Counted from the first letter of the stretch, positions 8,363-17,623 are shown. The stretch: 22,564 nucleotides of DNA from a bacterium (GCA_965202625.1 CBDBBI010000003.1:1-22564); one strand, 5' to 3'. The notes: generated from the letters alone by a model not told the origin. Translations and numbers: made by a program.

Positions 8363-8811
8363 CGGAGTTTGATTTCACGATGGCGATGGCGGCGCGGCTG
8401 GAGGATGAGAGCGCGTTCGACGTGGTGGACGTTGCGCTCCTGTTCGCGGCGCGGCGGCGTCTGCCGGGCCAGAAGGTGGCGATGCTCGCCCCCGTCGCAA
8501 CGACGGCCGGTGCGCACGCGGCACCAGGTGCGGGAGGAATCCAGCGCTTCGTCGCGAACGTCGGCGTTTTGCTGATCACGCCCGCCCCGAACGATTTGAC
8601 GGGGAGCAATGCGCTCGCCGCACTCCGCGACATGGTCTCCGCCTCGCGCGAGAAACTCCTGGGGTGGACGCCGCCCGGAGCGGAGACGGGGCTGGAATTT
8701 GCGCGCGGTGCGCTCATCGACGCGGTGGATGGCGCCGCCGCCTGGCAAGACGAATACGCACTGCGCTTCTGGCGACGCGGTGCGGATCATCGACTGGAGG
8801 GACAGACGTGA
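8359..8811 (+). CDS. Tail terminator (Mu gp37-like)
   Basis: Real start ATG 8359 after RBS GAGGAGG (inside track ORF 8116-8811). Motif LLGWTP...LEFARGALI..DG...WQDEY. Confidence 0.8.
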   Translation: MTEFDFTMAMAARLEDESAFDVVDVALLFAARRRLPGQKVAMLAPVATTAGAHAAPGAGGIQRFVANVGVLLITPAPNDLTGSNALAALRDMVSASREKLLGWTPPGAETGLEFARGALIDAVDGAAAWQDEYALRFWRRGADHRLEGQT

Positions 8812-8969
8812 CGCCGGGGGCGGCGGCACAGCAGAAAACCAACCTGGAGATCGGGACGGGGGCGTGGTTCATCGACGAATGGGACGAATCGGGCGAGCAC
8901 GCGGGCGGGCGCTTCGTTGGCGACCCGGACGGCGGCACGCTGAACATTGAAATGGAGGAGCAGACATGA
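8808..8969 (+). pseudogene. Truncated duplicate (53 aa) of the tail tube N-terminus
   Basis: First 51 codons align with those of 8966-9787, with 18 nucleotide differences in 153 nt by manual count. Period 158 bp. Confidence 0.75.
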
Positions 8970-9787
8970 CGCTGGGGGCGGTGGCACAGCACAAAAACAA
9001 CCTGGAGATCGGGGCGGGGGCGTGGTTCATCGACGAATTGGACGAATCGGGCGAACGCACGGGCGAGCGCTTCGTCGGCGACTCCGACGGCGGAACGCTG
9101 AACATCGAGGTGGAGGAGGTGCTGAAAATGTCCGGCACCGGCGCGGTGGCGAAGGAATTGCTGCGCGCGCCCATCTCCGTATCCCGCGCCTTCAACCTCA
9201 CGCTCAACGACATGAGCATGGAGAATCTGCGCATTCTGGCACTGGGCGACGCCGTGAGCGACAGCCCGGCGATTGCGGCGACAGCCGTGAGGCAAGAGGA
9301 GGTCAAGGTAAAGAAGGGCCGCTGGTATCAGTTGGGACAGACGAAAGCGAGGCCCGGCGGCGTTCCTGCAGTCACCTCGACGATTTTCACGATCAAACCG
9401 GCACTTGGCACTTCCGAGCCCTGGACGTCGGGGGAGGACTTCGTGCTGGACAAGGAGGCGGGAAGGTTTTACGTCGTGCCGGGCGGCGACATTCCCGACG
9501 ACGTGAACGTGTATGTGGATTACATGCCCGTCGCACAGGCGGCGGGTGCGCGCAAGATCGTATCCACCTCCTCGCCCAGGGCGTTCCTCGCCGCCCTCCG
9601 CTACGTGGAGGATGCGGACTCGCAAGGCCAGGGACGCAACTTTTACGCGCCGCGCTGTTCCATCATTCCCAGCGACGCGCTGACGATTCAAAGCCGAGAA
9701 GCGATTCAATCCCTGAACATCGTTTGCAGAATTCTCGATCCCGGCGATGGGGTGGCTGGCCTCACTATCGATGGCAAGGAGGTTTGA
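8966..9787 (+). CDS. Major tail tube protein (non-contractile type)
   Basis: 273 aa, GERFVGD..G..LNIE and KKGRWYQLG...DFVLD.EAGRFYV..GG motifs. Lies between terminator and chaperones. No sheath gene in the operon. Confidence 0.75.
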   Translation: MTLGAVAQHKNNLEIGAGAWFIDELDESGERTGERFVGDSDGGTLNIEVEEVLKMSGTGAVAKELLRAPISVSRAFNLTLNDMSMENLRILALGDAVSDSPAIAATAVRQEEVKVKKGRWYQLGQTKARPGGVPAVTSTIFTIKPALGTSEPWTSGEDFVLDKEAGRFYVVPGGDIPDDVNVYVDYMPVAQAAGARKIVSTSSPRAFLAALRYVEDADSQGQGRNFYAPRCSIIPSDALTIQSREAIQSLNIVCRILDPGDGVAGLTIDGKEV

Positions 9788-9789
9788 TT

Positions 9790-10122
9790 GTGTCGAGATT
9801 CATATTTCTGACGGAACCGCGCGATTTTTTCTGGCCGGTGAAAATTCAGGTGCCCGGCCTCGGGGCACAGGAGTTCGAGGCGCAATTCGCCGACCTCGGC
9901 CAGGATGCGCTCAGCGCGTTTGGCTCTGACGCGGGGGGCGATGCGGACTTGTGCCGGCGCGTGCTCACCGGCTGGCGCGGCGTGGTGGACGAGCAGGGCG
10001 CCGAGGTCGCCTTCACGAGCGAGCGCATGGAAGCGCTCATCAACCGCCCCTACGCGCGGCGCGCGATTGTCGAGGCGTTCGTGGGCGCCATTCTCGGGCG
10101 GCGCGACGAGGGAAACTCATAG
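9790..10122 (+). CDS. Tail assembly chaperone (gpG equivalent)
   Basis: GTG 9790 after RBS AAGGAGG. F.WPVKI.VPG...F.AQF...VL.GW.GV.DE.G..V.F motif, ends ...EGNS* across a slippery site. Confidence 0.85.
   Translation: MSRFIFLTEPRDFFWPVKIQVPGLGAQEFEAQFADLGQDALSAFGSDAGGDADLCRRVLTGWRGVVDEQGAEVAFTSERMEALINRPYARRAIVEAFVGAILGRRDEGNS
10110..10116 (+). promoter_or_regulatory. -1 programmed ribosomal frameshift site G GGA AAC
   Basis: X XXY YYZ heptamer in the correct phase, one codon before the chaperone stop. The -1 frame is open to 10376. Confidence 0.85.
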
Positions 10123-10376
10123 CGGCCGCCCGCGTGCTTTTCAGCGGGCGGGGAAAGGTGGAGGTTCTCCACCCCAACGCGGCGGCCGTTCGCGCCGTCA
10201 TGTTCGCATCGACGCAGTGGAGGTATTGTCCCATGAGCGGCAAAATTCTCGGACTCGATTATCAAGGTCTGGAGGCCGCCGCGCGGCTGGCCGGCCTGGC
10301 GATTCGCCCTTCTGATTTTTCCCGCATCCGCTTGATAGAAAACGAAGTGATGAGGTTGAACGATGCCGCGCGATGA
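10116..10376 (+). CDS. gpT-equivalent frameshift extension (DUF1799-like)
   Basis: -1 frame reads KLIAAARVLF...EVLHPNAAAV...STQWR...GLDYQGLEAAARL...IRLIENEV, immediately before the tape measure gene. Confidence 0.8.
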   Translation, partial: LIAAARVLFSGRGKVEVLHPNAAAVRAVMFASTQWRYCPMSGKILGLDYQGLEAAARLAGLAIRPSDFSRIRLIENEVMRLNDAAR

Positions 10377-11580
10377 CCTTCAGAGCACCTATCGGGGGCT
10401 GGTGCGGGCGACCAGGGAGAGCGGGCGTGAAGCGTCGCGCGCGACGCGGGAATTCGCGACTTTTCACTCGCACCTGACGAGTTTGCGGAAAGGGGTGAGC
10501 CGCCTGGGGGACGGCGTGGGCAAACTCCTTATCGCGGGTGCGGCGGCCGCGAAGGCCGCAGAGACGGCGCTGGCCGCTGAACGCAAGCGGGTTTCCGCAT
10601 CGGGGGCACCGTCTGAACGACTCAACGAGGGAGCGGGTATCAGCGAGGCACTCTTGGGCACCGGCGCGGAGGTACTGGGAAAGGCGTCTGAGGTACTGGA
10701 GGGGCTGGGACAGGCGTTTGGGGTACTGAAAGGGAAGGTGGAAGAGTTCGGGCGATCCGCCGAGCAATCCGTGGGGAAAATCGGAGAGGAAATCGTACGC
10801 GTCTTCACCGGCGATGCGCTCTCGAACGCCGTCTCGGAGGGGCTGGGAAAGATGTCCGAAGCCCTGACGGACCTTATATTCAAAGGCAAGGCGGGGCTGG
10901 ACGAATTCGGGCAGTTGGCGCGGGGAATCGGAGAGCAAATCGCAGGCGATCTCATTGGCGAGGTGCTCTCGAACGCCAGCGTGAAGGGATTTGAAGAGGC
11001 GTCCGCCGCCCTGAGGGATTTTCTGTCCAAAGGCAAGGCGGGGCTGGACGAAATCGGGCAATTCGCACAGAGAATCGGGCTGCAAATCGCGCGCGCCCTC
11101 ATCCAGCAGAACGTGGTGAACCCCCTCGTGCAAGGCGCGCAGAACTTCATCAGAGGCATCATAAATCCATCACTCCCCGCCGACCCCACGAGTTCTTCGG
11201 TTAACGGTTGGTATGAGCACTCGGGCGGCGTCGTGGGGAAAGACAGGGCACCTTCCGCGTATTTTCGCCCCTCCGTTTTCTCTGGCGCACCGCGCCTTCA
11301 TGCGGGCGGCGTCGTGGGCGATATTCGCCCGGACGAGGTGCCCATCATCGCCCGGCGCGGCGAGGGGGTGTTCACGCCGGAGCAGATGCGCGCCCTCGCA
11401 CCTGCGGGAGGGGTGCAGATCAACTTCGAGAACAGGGGAACGCCGCAGCGCGAGGTCTCGCGCGATGCGCAGTTTGACGGAAGAGGATGGGTGATCAACG
11501 TCGTGACGGAGGACATCGACGAGGGCGGATCGGTGTTTCGCGCCATCACGCGGACAACGGGGGCACGAGGAGCAGTATGA
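10363..11580 (+). CDS. Short tail tape measure protein (405 aa)
   Basis: Position after G/GT, helical Ala/Gly/Glu-rich body, C-terminal HSGGVVG...APRLHAGGVVG..RPDEVPIIARRGEGVFTPEQMRAL motif. Confidence 0.85.
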   Translation: MPRDDLQSTYRGLVRATRESGREASRATREFATFHSHLTSLRKGVSRLGDGVGKLLIAGAAAAKAAETALAAERKRVSASGAPSERLNEGAGISEALLGTGAEVLGKASEVLEGLGQAFGVLKGKVEEFGRSAEQSVGKIGEEIVRVFTGDALSNAVSEGLGKMSEALTDLIFKGKAGLDEFGQLARGIGEQIAGDLIGEVLSNASVKGFEEASAALRDFLSKGKAGLDEIGQFAQRIGLQIARALIQQNVVNPLVQGAQNFIRGIINPSLPADPTSSSVNGWYEHSGGVVGKDRAPSAYFRPSVFSGAPRLHAGGVVGDIRPDEVPIIARRGEGVFTPEQMRALAPAGGVQINFENRGTPQREVSRDAQFDGRGWVINVVTEDIDEGGSVFRAITRTTGARGAV

Positions 11581-11933
11581 GCGTCTGGCCGGATTTTGCG
11601 GAGATACAAGGTGCAAACTACGCACTTGGTGCACCGAACGACGTGGAGCGGACGGAATGGGACGACGGCGCCGCGCGCCAGGCGCGCATTTTCACGCAGG
11701 CGCGGCTGACGCGCCAGGTGGAAGCCCGAATCGAGACGGGGCGGCTGGGCGATTTTCGCTCATGGGCGCGGGAGTGGGCGCATCGCGACTTCGCCTTCAT
11801 CGACCCGCACGACGGCCAGACGCGGCAGGTGCGCGTCCTGGGCGGATTCGGGGGGATGGAATTCAGGCAGGTGGCGACGAGCGAGGGGCCGCTGGAGTGG
11901 GAGGTGAAGCTCACCCTTGAGGGTGACGAATGA
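11577..11933 (+). CDS. Distal tail protein (lambda gpM/Dit-like)
   Basis: ATG 11577 in an ATGA overlap with the tape measure stop. WP...RTEWDDGAARQ.R...F..W...F.F.DP pattern, 118 aa. Confidence 0.7.
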   Translation: MSVWPDFAEIQGANYALGAPNDVERTEWDDGAARQARIFTQARLTRQVEARIETGRLGDFRSWAREWAHRDFAFIDPHDGQTRQVRVLGGFGGMEFRQVATSEGPLEWEVKLTLEGDE

Positions 11934-12427
11934 CCGCGCCCAGAGACGCATCGGCGCGATGGCTGCGTGCGGCGCGTGCCCTCTCGCCCGAGCGGACGCT
12001 CCTCTCCGCCCTGGAGATTCGGCATCCCGACGTGGTCGCACCGATTCGCATCGTCAACGACGCGCGCGACTGGACGATTGAGGGGGAGACTTTCATCGGC
12101 GTGCGCTTCGGTGCGCGCCTCGCCTCGGATCAGGAAGGCGCCCCGCCCCGGGCGGAGATCGTGGTGGACAACGTGGGCGCCGTGCTGACGGGGTGGATTG
12201 AGCGCGCACGGGGGGGAGCGGACGCGGGCATCCGCATCATCCAGGTGTCTGTGGACCCTGGGAACGCGCAGGCCGCACCGATTGTGGAGTGGGAGATGCA
12301 CATGAAAATCGAGCGCGTGAAGGTGACGCGCACGCAGGTGTCCGCCCGTCTCGGGCTGGGCGTCTCGGCGCGGCACCAGGCGGTTGCCGCACGCTATGAC
12401 ACCGCGCGCGCACCGGGCCTGTTCTGA
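11930..12427 (+). CDS. Tail tip protein, DUF1833 (gpL-like)
   Basis: LEIRHPD...PIRIVND......GE.F....F...L......P.A.I.VDNV motif and gene order. Confidence 0.8.
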   Translation: MTAPRDASARWLRAARALSPERTLLSALEIRHPDVVAPIRIVNDARDWTIEGETFIGVRFGARLASDQEGAPPRAEIVVDNVGAVLTGWIERARGGADAGIRIIQVSVDPGNAQAAPIVEWEMHMKIERVKVTRTQVSARLGLGVSARHQAVAARYDTARAPGLF

Positions 12428-12825
12428 TGGACGCCGGCTGGGAGCGGTGGCTGGGCGGAGCCTATCGACCGGGGGCGTATGAATGCGCGGATTTTGCCAT
12501 GGACGTCTTGCGCGAGGACTTCGGGGTCCTCGTGCACCTTCCGCGCGGAGACGGCCCGCGTGGGCGCGACAGGCTGGTGCGGGAGATGATCGGCACACTC
12601 GCCGCAAAAGTGGACGTCCCGAGGGCGGGCGACGGCGTGCTGATGCGCGCGGCGGGCCGCGTTCGGGGGGTGGGGAGCCATATTGGAATCTGGGTGGCGG
12701 GGCGCGTGCTGCACAACATCGCGGATGCGGGCGTCTGCTCGCACGCCCTCGCCGATCTGCCCCTCGTGGGGCTTGAATTCAAGGGTTTTTATAGATGGAT
12801 AACGAGTTGCGCAGCGGTGAGATAA
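12427..12825 (+). CDS. NlpC/P60-family tail tip protein (gpK-like)
   Basis: Catalytic pattern YECADF...GDGVLM...HIGIW...VLHN, TGATG overlap. Confidence 0.85.
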   Translation: MDAGWERWLGGAYRPGAYECADFAMDVLREDFGVLVHLPRGDGPRGRDRLVREMIGTLAAKVDVPRAGDGVLMRAAGRVRGVGSHIGIWVAGRVLHNIADAGVCSHALADLPLVGLEFKGFYRWITSCAAVR

Positions 12826-15800
12826 TAGCGGACCTCTGGCCCCACCCGCTCACCGCGGAGGGGCGAGAGGTGGTCCGGATGCCCGTGGGGTGCGGCGAGA
12901 CCCTGGAGAGCGTCATCGCGCGCGCCCTGCCGATACCTCTTGGGGAGGTGGCACACGCCGTGGAGGTGCGGGTGGACGGACGAATCGTCCCGTGCGGGGA
13001 GTGGAACCGACCCGCCCGCGCGGGACAATCCCTCCACCTGCGCGCCGCCCTCGCGGGCGGGGGCGGCGGCAGCAACCCGCTTCAGATTATTTTGCAGATC
13101 GCACTCGTCGTTGCCGCCGTCTGGCTTGCCGGGCCGCTCTTAGGCTGGAAGGCAGCCCTCGTCACGGCGAGCATCATCACCGTGGGCGGCATCGTCCTCA
13201 ACGCGCTTTTTCCGCCGCCGACTTTGGAGGCACCAGATTCCACGGGCGGACGCTCCTATGCACTGGATGCGGGTGCAAACGTAGCGCGCCCCTACGAGCC
13301 GATGCCGCTCGTTCTGGGTTCGCATCGCCTTTTTCCCGACCTCGCCGCACAGCCCTATTCCGAGTTTCGCAAGAATAACGAGCAATATCTCTATCAGGCA
13401 TTCGGCATGGGAATTGGCGACCTTGAGATCAGTGATTTGCGCATCGGTTCGACGCCGATCGATGACTTCGACGACGTGCGTCAGGAAATCGCCGCACCCG
13501 GTGCGGCGGTGACGCTGCTCGCCGGAGACGTGGACGCCCAGGGCGGTGCCGCCCTGGAGGACACGAACTGGATAGCGCGCACCACGCCCGGGAACACGGT
13601 GCGCTTCGCCGTCGGAATTTCCGGCCAACTCTTTGCCGTTTCGAGAAGCAAGGGAACCCTTCGCAACTACAGCCTCTCCATTGAAATTCGTTATCGAGAA
13701 GCGGAGAGTTCCGCGGAGTGGACGACGCGCCGATATCTGCTGTCCAATGATTCCAGTGAACTGTTCCGGCAGGAGTTCCCCTTCGACGTGGAGGCGGGTG
13801 CGTGGGAGGTGGAGGTGCGGCGCGTTGACGCGCCCAACCCTGCACCGAACGCGATCGACGACCTCTCCTTCGCCTACCTGCGCGCACACCAGGCGAGCGT
13901 GGAGGACCGCGGCGCGGACACCCGCCTCGCCCTGGAGATGCGGGCGAGCGGGCAGCTGAACGGGCGGGTGGACCGCCTCTCCGCTCTCGTGGGCCAGCGC
14001 GTTCCGGAGTGGGACGGCACGGCGTGGTCGGGTGCGGAGGTTTCTCGAAATCCGGCCGCGGTGTTTCGCGCCTTCGCCATCGGCTGGCACACGGGGGACG
14101 GTGCACTCCTCGCCGGCGAGGGCTACGACGCCGCGCAGATTGACGACGCCTGCCTCGGCCGGTGGTTCGCATGGTGTGCGGCGGAAGGCTTGACCTGCGA
14201 TCTCGCCATCACCGGGCGGCGCGCATCGGAGGAGGTACTCTCCGTCATCGCCGCTTGCGGGCGCGCCTCGCCCTCGTGGGCGAGCGGGCGTCTCGGTGCC
14301 GTCTGGGAAGAGGAAACGGCACCCACCGCCTCCATCACCCCCGCGCGCGTCGCGGCGGGGACGTTCGTCGTCGACTGGCTCGCCGCGGACGTGGCGGACG
14401 AAATCGTCGTGGACTTCCTGGATAGAGAAGATGCGGACTGGAAAACCAGAGAGGCGCGCGTGCTTGCGCCGGGCGTCTCCATGCCCAGGCGGACGGCGCG
14501 CGTGCGCGCGGAAGGCATCACCACCCACGCGGCTGCGCTGGGGCTCGCGCGGCGGCAGGCCGCGCGCCAGTTCTATCATCGGCGGCGCATGACATGGGAG
14601 GCCGGGCGAGACGCCCTCGCCACGCCGCGTGGAAGCGTGGTGCGCATCTCGCACGACCTCATCAGCGGGGGGCAGACGGGTCGGCTGGCGGGCGGAACGG
14701 CGGCCGTGCTGACGCTCGACCGTGATATTCCCCACTTCATCGGATGGATTCTCCTTGAATCCCCCGAACGCAGGCTGCACCAGTCCGAGGTTTCTGTCTC
14801 GGGCCGCACCGCAACGCTGACGACGCCGCTCGATGCGGACCCGCCGACCACGGAGGGTGCGACGCCGCAGGACTGGACCTGGCGGCTGTTTGCCCTGGGC
14901 GCACCGCCCGTCCGCGCGCGCATCATCGGAATGGAGCCTCTCGCAGAGGACCGCGTGCGGCTGGTGGCTGTGGACGACCCTCCGGAATACTACGCATACG
15001 CAGGCGGCGACGCCCCGGCGCACCTCCCCGTGCGGGCGGAAGCGCGGGTGGTGGACGTCACCATCGGCGAGACTCTGGTTCGGGTGGGCGGCGGGTTTGC
15101 GGTCGAGATCGAAGCGCTCCTGACGACGGCGGGCGACTGGCGCGGGGGAGCGGTGCTCGCCGCACTTGATGCGGGACCGCTCCGCCACGTGGCGGCTCTG
15201 GGCGCGACCGACACGCACGCGCGCTGGCTGGAACACCCCGAAGGCGTGCTGACCGTCCACGTCGTTCCCGGCTCTGAGGCCGCACCCGGCGGGCGCGCGT
15301 TTGTCAAGGAATACGCCATCAAGGGCAAGCCGCCCGCACCCGATCCGCCGACGAATTTTCTCATCGACGAACTGCCCGACGGGACGCGGCGCCTGCAGTG
15401 GACGCCGCCCGACGCGGTGAACCTGGCGGGCGTGAAGATTCGCTACGCCGCCCGCGCGGATGCGGCATGGGACGATATGATGCCTCTTCACGCCGGAGTT
15501 CTCGCCGCCTCTCCGCTCGAGACGATTGTCCCGCGAGAGGGGCGCTGGACGTTCGCCGCGCGCACAGTCGATACCGATGGCAACGAGAGCCTTGAGGACG
15601 TTCGCATCATCAACGCCCACCTGTCCCTCTCCCGCCTGGGCGACGCCTTGTTCTTTGCCGAACTCTCTGAGGAGGGCTGGCCGGGGACGCTTCTCGGCGC
15701 GCGTCGATCTGGACACGCTATTGAGGCGAATTCACGCTACGCCTTTGGCGACCTCACGGACTGGGCGAGCTGGGAGAGGTGGGATATGTCCACCGCCCCG

Positions 15801-16343
15801 GTAGTGTCCTACGTCGCACCCGACGCTGACCTGGGCGTGGCTGTTCCATTCTCGCTGCAGTGGGCGATGGAGGCGAACGCGGATGCGACGGAGGTCTATT
15901 ATCAAGCCTCTGAGGGTGTGCTGCCGCCACGGCCGGCTGACGGGCACCTTGCGGGCTGGACGCGCTATGAGGGCGAGATCATCACCGCCCGACGCTGCCG
16001 CGTCATGTGGCGCCTCGCCAACGAGAAACAGGTGCTCTTCGCCCATGGCGGCCGCGCGGGGCCGGGGATTCGCTTGACGCGCCTCCGGTGGAGTCTGCGC
16101 GGGCCTCTGAAAGAGGAGCGCCTGGCCGATATCGACACGGCGGCACTCGACGGATCGGCGGCGGAGGGGCGGGTACTGCCCACCACGCTTCGCGCCGTAA
16201 CGCTCATCCTTGTGACACTCCAGAACGTGGGCGCCGGGCACGCCGTGGAGGTCATATCCAAAAAACCGCCCAAAATTCGCATCTGGAACGGCACCGCGCC
16301 CGCGGACGCGACCATCGACGTTGTTATGAGGGGGATAAAATGA
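12795..16343 (+). CDS. Host-specificity central tail tip protein (TipJ-like, with gpI-like N-terminus and FN3-like domain)
   Basis: 1182 aa. GGGGGSNPLQIILQIA.. hydrophobic segment, N.ARPYEPMPLVLG.HR..PD, SRNPA, and a later PDPPTNF...LQWTPP...YA...GRWTFAARTVDTDGNES FN3-like block. Confidence 0.9.
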   Translation: MDNELRSGEIIADLWPHPLTAEGREVVRMPVGCGETLESVIARALPIPLGEVAHAVEVRVDGRIVPCGEWNRPARAGQSLHLRAALAGGGGGSNPLQIILQIALVVAAVWLAGPLLGWKAALVTASIITVGGIVLNALFPPPTLEAPDSTGGRSYALDAGANVARPYEPMPLVLGSHRLFPDLAAQPYSEFRKNNEQYLYQAFGMGIGDLEISDLRIGSTPIDDFDDVRQEIAAPGAAVTLLAGDVDAQGGAALEDTNWIARTTPGNTVRFAVGISGQLFAVSRSKGTLRNYSLSIEIRYREAESSAEWTTRRYLLSNDSSELFRQEFPFDVEAGAWEVEVRRVDAPNPAPNAIDDLSFAYLRAHQASVEDRGADTRLALEMRASGQLNGRVDRLSALVGQRVPEWDGTAWSGAEVSRNPAAVFRAFAIGWHTGDGALLAGEGYDAAQIDDACLGRWFAWCAAEGLTCDLAITGRRASEEVLSVIAACGRASPSWASGRLGAVWEEETAPTASITPARVAAGTFVVDWLAADVADEIVVDFLDREDADWKTREARVLAPGVSMPRRTARVRAEGITTHAAALGLARRQAARQFYHRRRMTWEAGRDALATPRGSVVRISHDLISGGQTGRLAGGTAAVLTLDRDIPHFIGWILLESPERRLHQSEVSVSGRTATLTTPLDADPPTTEGATPQDWTWRLFALGAPPVRARIIGMEPLAEDRVRLVAVDDPPEYYAYAGGDAPAHLPVRAEARVVDVTIGETLVRVGGGFAVEIEALLTTAGDWRGGAVLAALDAGPLRHVAALGATDTHARWLEHPEGVLTVHVVPGSEAAPGGRAFVKEYAIKGKPPAPDPPTNFLIDELPDGTRRLQWTPPDAVNLAGVKIRYAARADAAWDDMMPLHAGVLAASPLETIVPREGRWTFAARTVDTDGNESLEDVRIINAHLSLSRLGDALFFAELSEEGWPGTLLGARRSGHAIEANSRYAFGDLTDWASWERWDMSTAPVVSYVAPDADLGVAVPFSLQWAMEANADATEVYYQASEGVLPPRPADGHLAGWTRYEGEIITARRCRVMWRLANEKQVLFAHGGRAGPGIRLTRLRWSLRGPLKEERLADIDTAALDGSAAEGRVLPTTLRAVTLILVTLQNVGAGHAVEVISKKPPKIRIWNGTAPADATIDVVMRGIK

Positions 16344-17098
16344 CCTGGCCGACAGACGAGCTGGACTTGAGCGCCTTTGACGCGGATTCGGATTTTGTCT
16401 CGCGCGAGCAGTTCTACAAACTCGTGCGCGCGGTGAAAGAGATACTGGCGGCGCGCGGGGAGGCGCGCGGCGTGGTGGGCCTCAACAGAAATGGGCGGGT
16501 GTCGCACAGGGAAATGGGGCGCGGTGCTCCAAACGGGGTCGCGTCGCTTGGCGCCTCGGCGAAAATCCCCGGCGCGGAAATGGGGCGCGGTGCTCCAAAC
16601 GGCGTCGCATCGCTCGACGGGAATCGGCAGGTCCCGCTGGCTCAACTCGGAAACGCACCCTCTCCCGACGCCTCCACGACCGCGCGCGCAGGCGTCGTGC
16701 GCCTCGCCACAGATGCGGAGGCGCAGGCAGGGCGAGAGGGTTCACGCGCGCTCACGCCCGCCAACCTTGAGGCAGCTGTCCCGGATAGATTGAGATGTCA
16801 TGTGCGGGTGAACGTGAACGGCGACACAGTGGCGGCGTCGGGAATTGGCCACGCATCCGTCACCCGCATCTCGACGGGACATTTCCGGGTCAACTTTACG
16901 AGGGCGTTCAGAGACAACGTCTCCTACTCTGCCCAGGTGACGCCATTAAAAGATGTGACGTTATTCCGTGCAAACATCATCGTAGGATATATTCAGATTC
17001 AGGCGTCAAGCCACATCATCGTCAGGTTTCACAGCGGTGCAAATTTCAACATCAACCCCGATTATTTCAATGTGACTGCCCATGGGAGGCTCGCTTGA
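16340..17098 (+). CDS. Tail fibre A (252 aa)
   Basis: ATG 16340 in an ATGA overlap with TipJ. GVASL repeats, one AGVVRLATDAE...ALTPANL fibre repeat, C-terminal SVTRISTGHFRVNF tip domain. Confidence 0.8.
   Translation: MTWPTDELDLSAFDADSDFVSREQFYKLVRAVKEILAARGEARGVVGLNRNGRVSHREMGRGAPNGVASLGASAKIPGAEMGRGAPNGVASLDGNRQVPLAQLGNAPSPDASTTARAGVVRLATDAEAQAGREGSRALTPANLEAAVPDRLRCHVRVNVNGDTVAASGIGHASVTRISTGHFRVNFTRAFRDNVSYSAQVTPLKDVTLFRANIIVGYIQIQASSHIIVRFHSGANFNINPDYFNVTAHGRLA
16510..16614 (+). repeat. Two-copy in-frame direct repeat (39 bp core, 66 bp period) in fibre A
   Basis: GGAAATGGGGCGCGGTGCTCCAAACGG(G/C)GTCGC(G/A)TCGCT at 16510 and 16576, encoding EMGRGAPNGVASL. Confidence 0.9.
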
Positions 17099-17556
17099 TG
17101 CTTATCGTTCACGCCACGCCGGAATCCACACTTCTCGCCCTCACCTCCATCTCGCCCGAGGCGGTGGGTGCGCTCGTAAAGCAGGGCCACGCAGAACAGG
17201 CGGCGATCGCCGCGCTCGCGCGCACCGCGACGGGGGGTGCGCCCTGGGTGCGCGTGCCCGCCCCGCCCCCGCACCCGGAGTTTCAGGCCGCCTGGCGCAT
17301 TCAGGGCGACGCGGTGGGAATCGACCTGGGCACCGCCCGCGAGGTGAAGCGCGAGATGATTCGCACCGAGCGCGCCGAGCGATGGACGGAGGCCGACGCG
17401 CGATACAACATCGCGCATGAATCGGGAGTGCAGGCCGACGTTCAGAGCGCCGCGCGCTATCGGCAGCGGCTGCGCGACGCACCCGCGCATCCCGACATAG
17501 AGAACGCGGCGGACGCGGACGCCCTCGCCGCCATCACGCTCGACGACCTGCTTTGA
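17098..17556 (+). CDS. Tail fibre assembly chaperone A (152 aa)
   Basis: TGATG overlap with fibre A. AW......ID...AR....IR.ER...D.......RQRLRDAP motif typical of fibre chaperones. Confidence 0.75.
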   Translation: MLIVHATPESTLLALTSISPEAVGALVKQGHAEQAAIAALARTATGGAPWVRVPAPPPHPEFQAAWRIQGDAVGIDLGTAREVKREMIRTERAERWTEADARYNIAHESGVQADVQSAARYRQRLRDAPAHPDIENAADADALAAITLDDLL

Positions 17557-17583
17557 ACGACTTTTGCAACGCCCTTGCACGGC
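17289..17583 (+). repeat. About 295-bp direct repeat, copy 1 (copy 2 at 19402-19696)
   Basis: 3' half of the chaperone plus downstream sequence. About 14 mismatches by manual count, constant offset 2113 bp. Confidence 0.95.
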
Positions 17584-17623
17584 TTCTTCAATCCGCCCTC
17601 ACTGTTCCAGAAAGGAGATTTTG

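Noticed and set aside
8808-9118. Diversity-generating retroelement TR/VR pair
   Set aside because: Mismatches are not adenine-specific (C/T, G/C and G/T changes occur) and there is no reverse transcriptase in the window.
8947-9789. Long N-terminal extensions in track ORFs 8947-10122, 8116-8811, 11487-11933, 16007-17098 and 16795-17556
   Set aside because: They overlap upstream genes in other frames. Real starts with RBS or coupled overlaps are at 9790, 8359, 11577, 16340 and 17098.
13140-15716. 858-aa minus-strand ORF
   Set aside because: Antisense shadow of TipJ.
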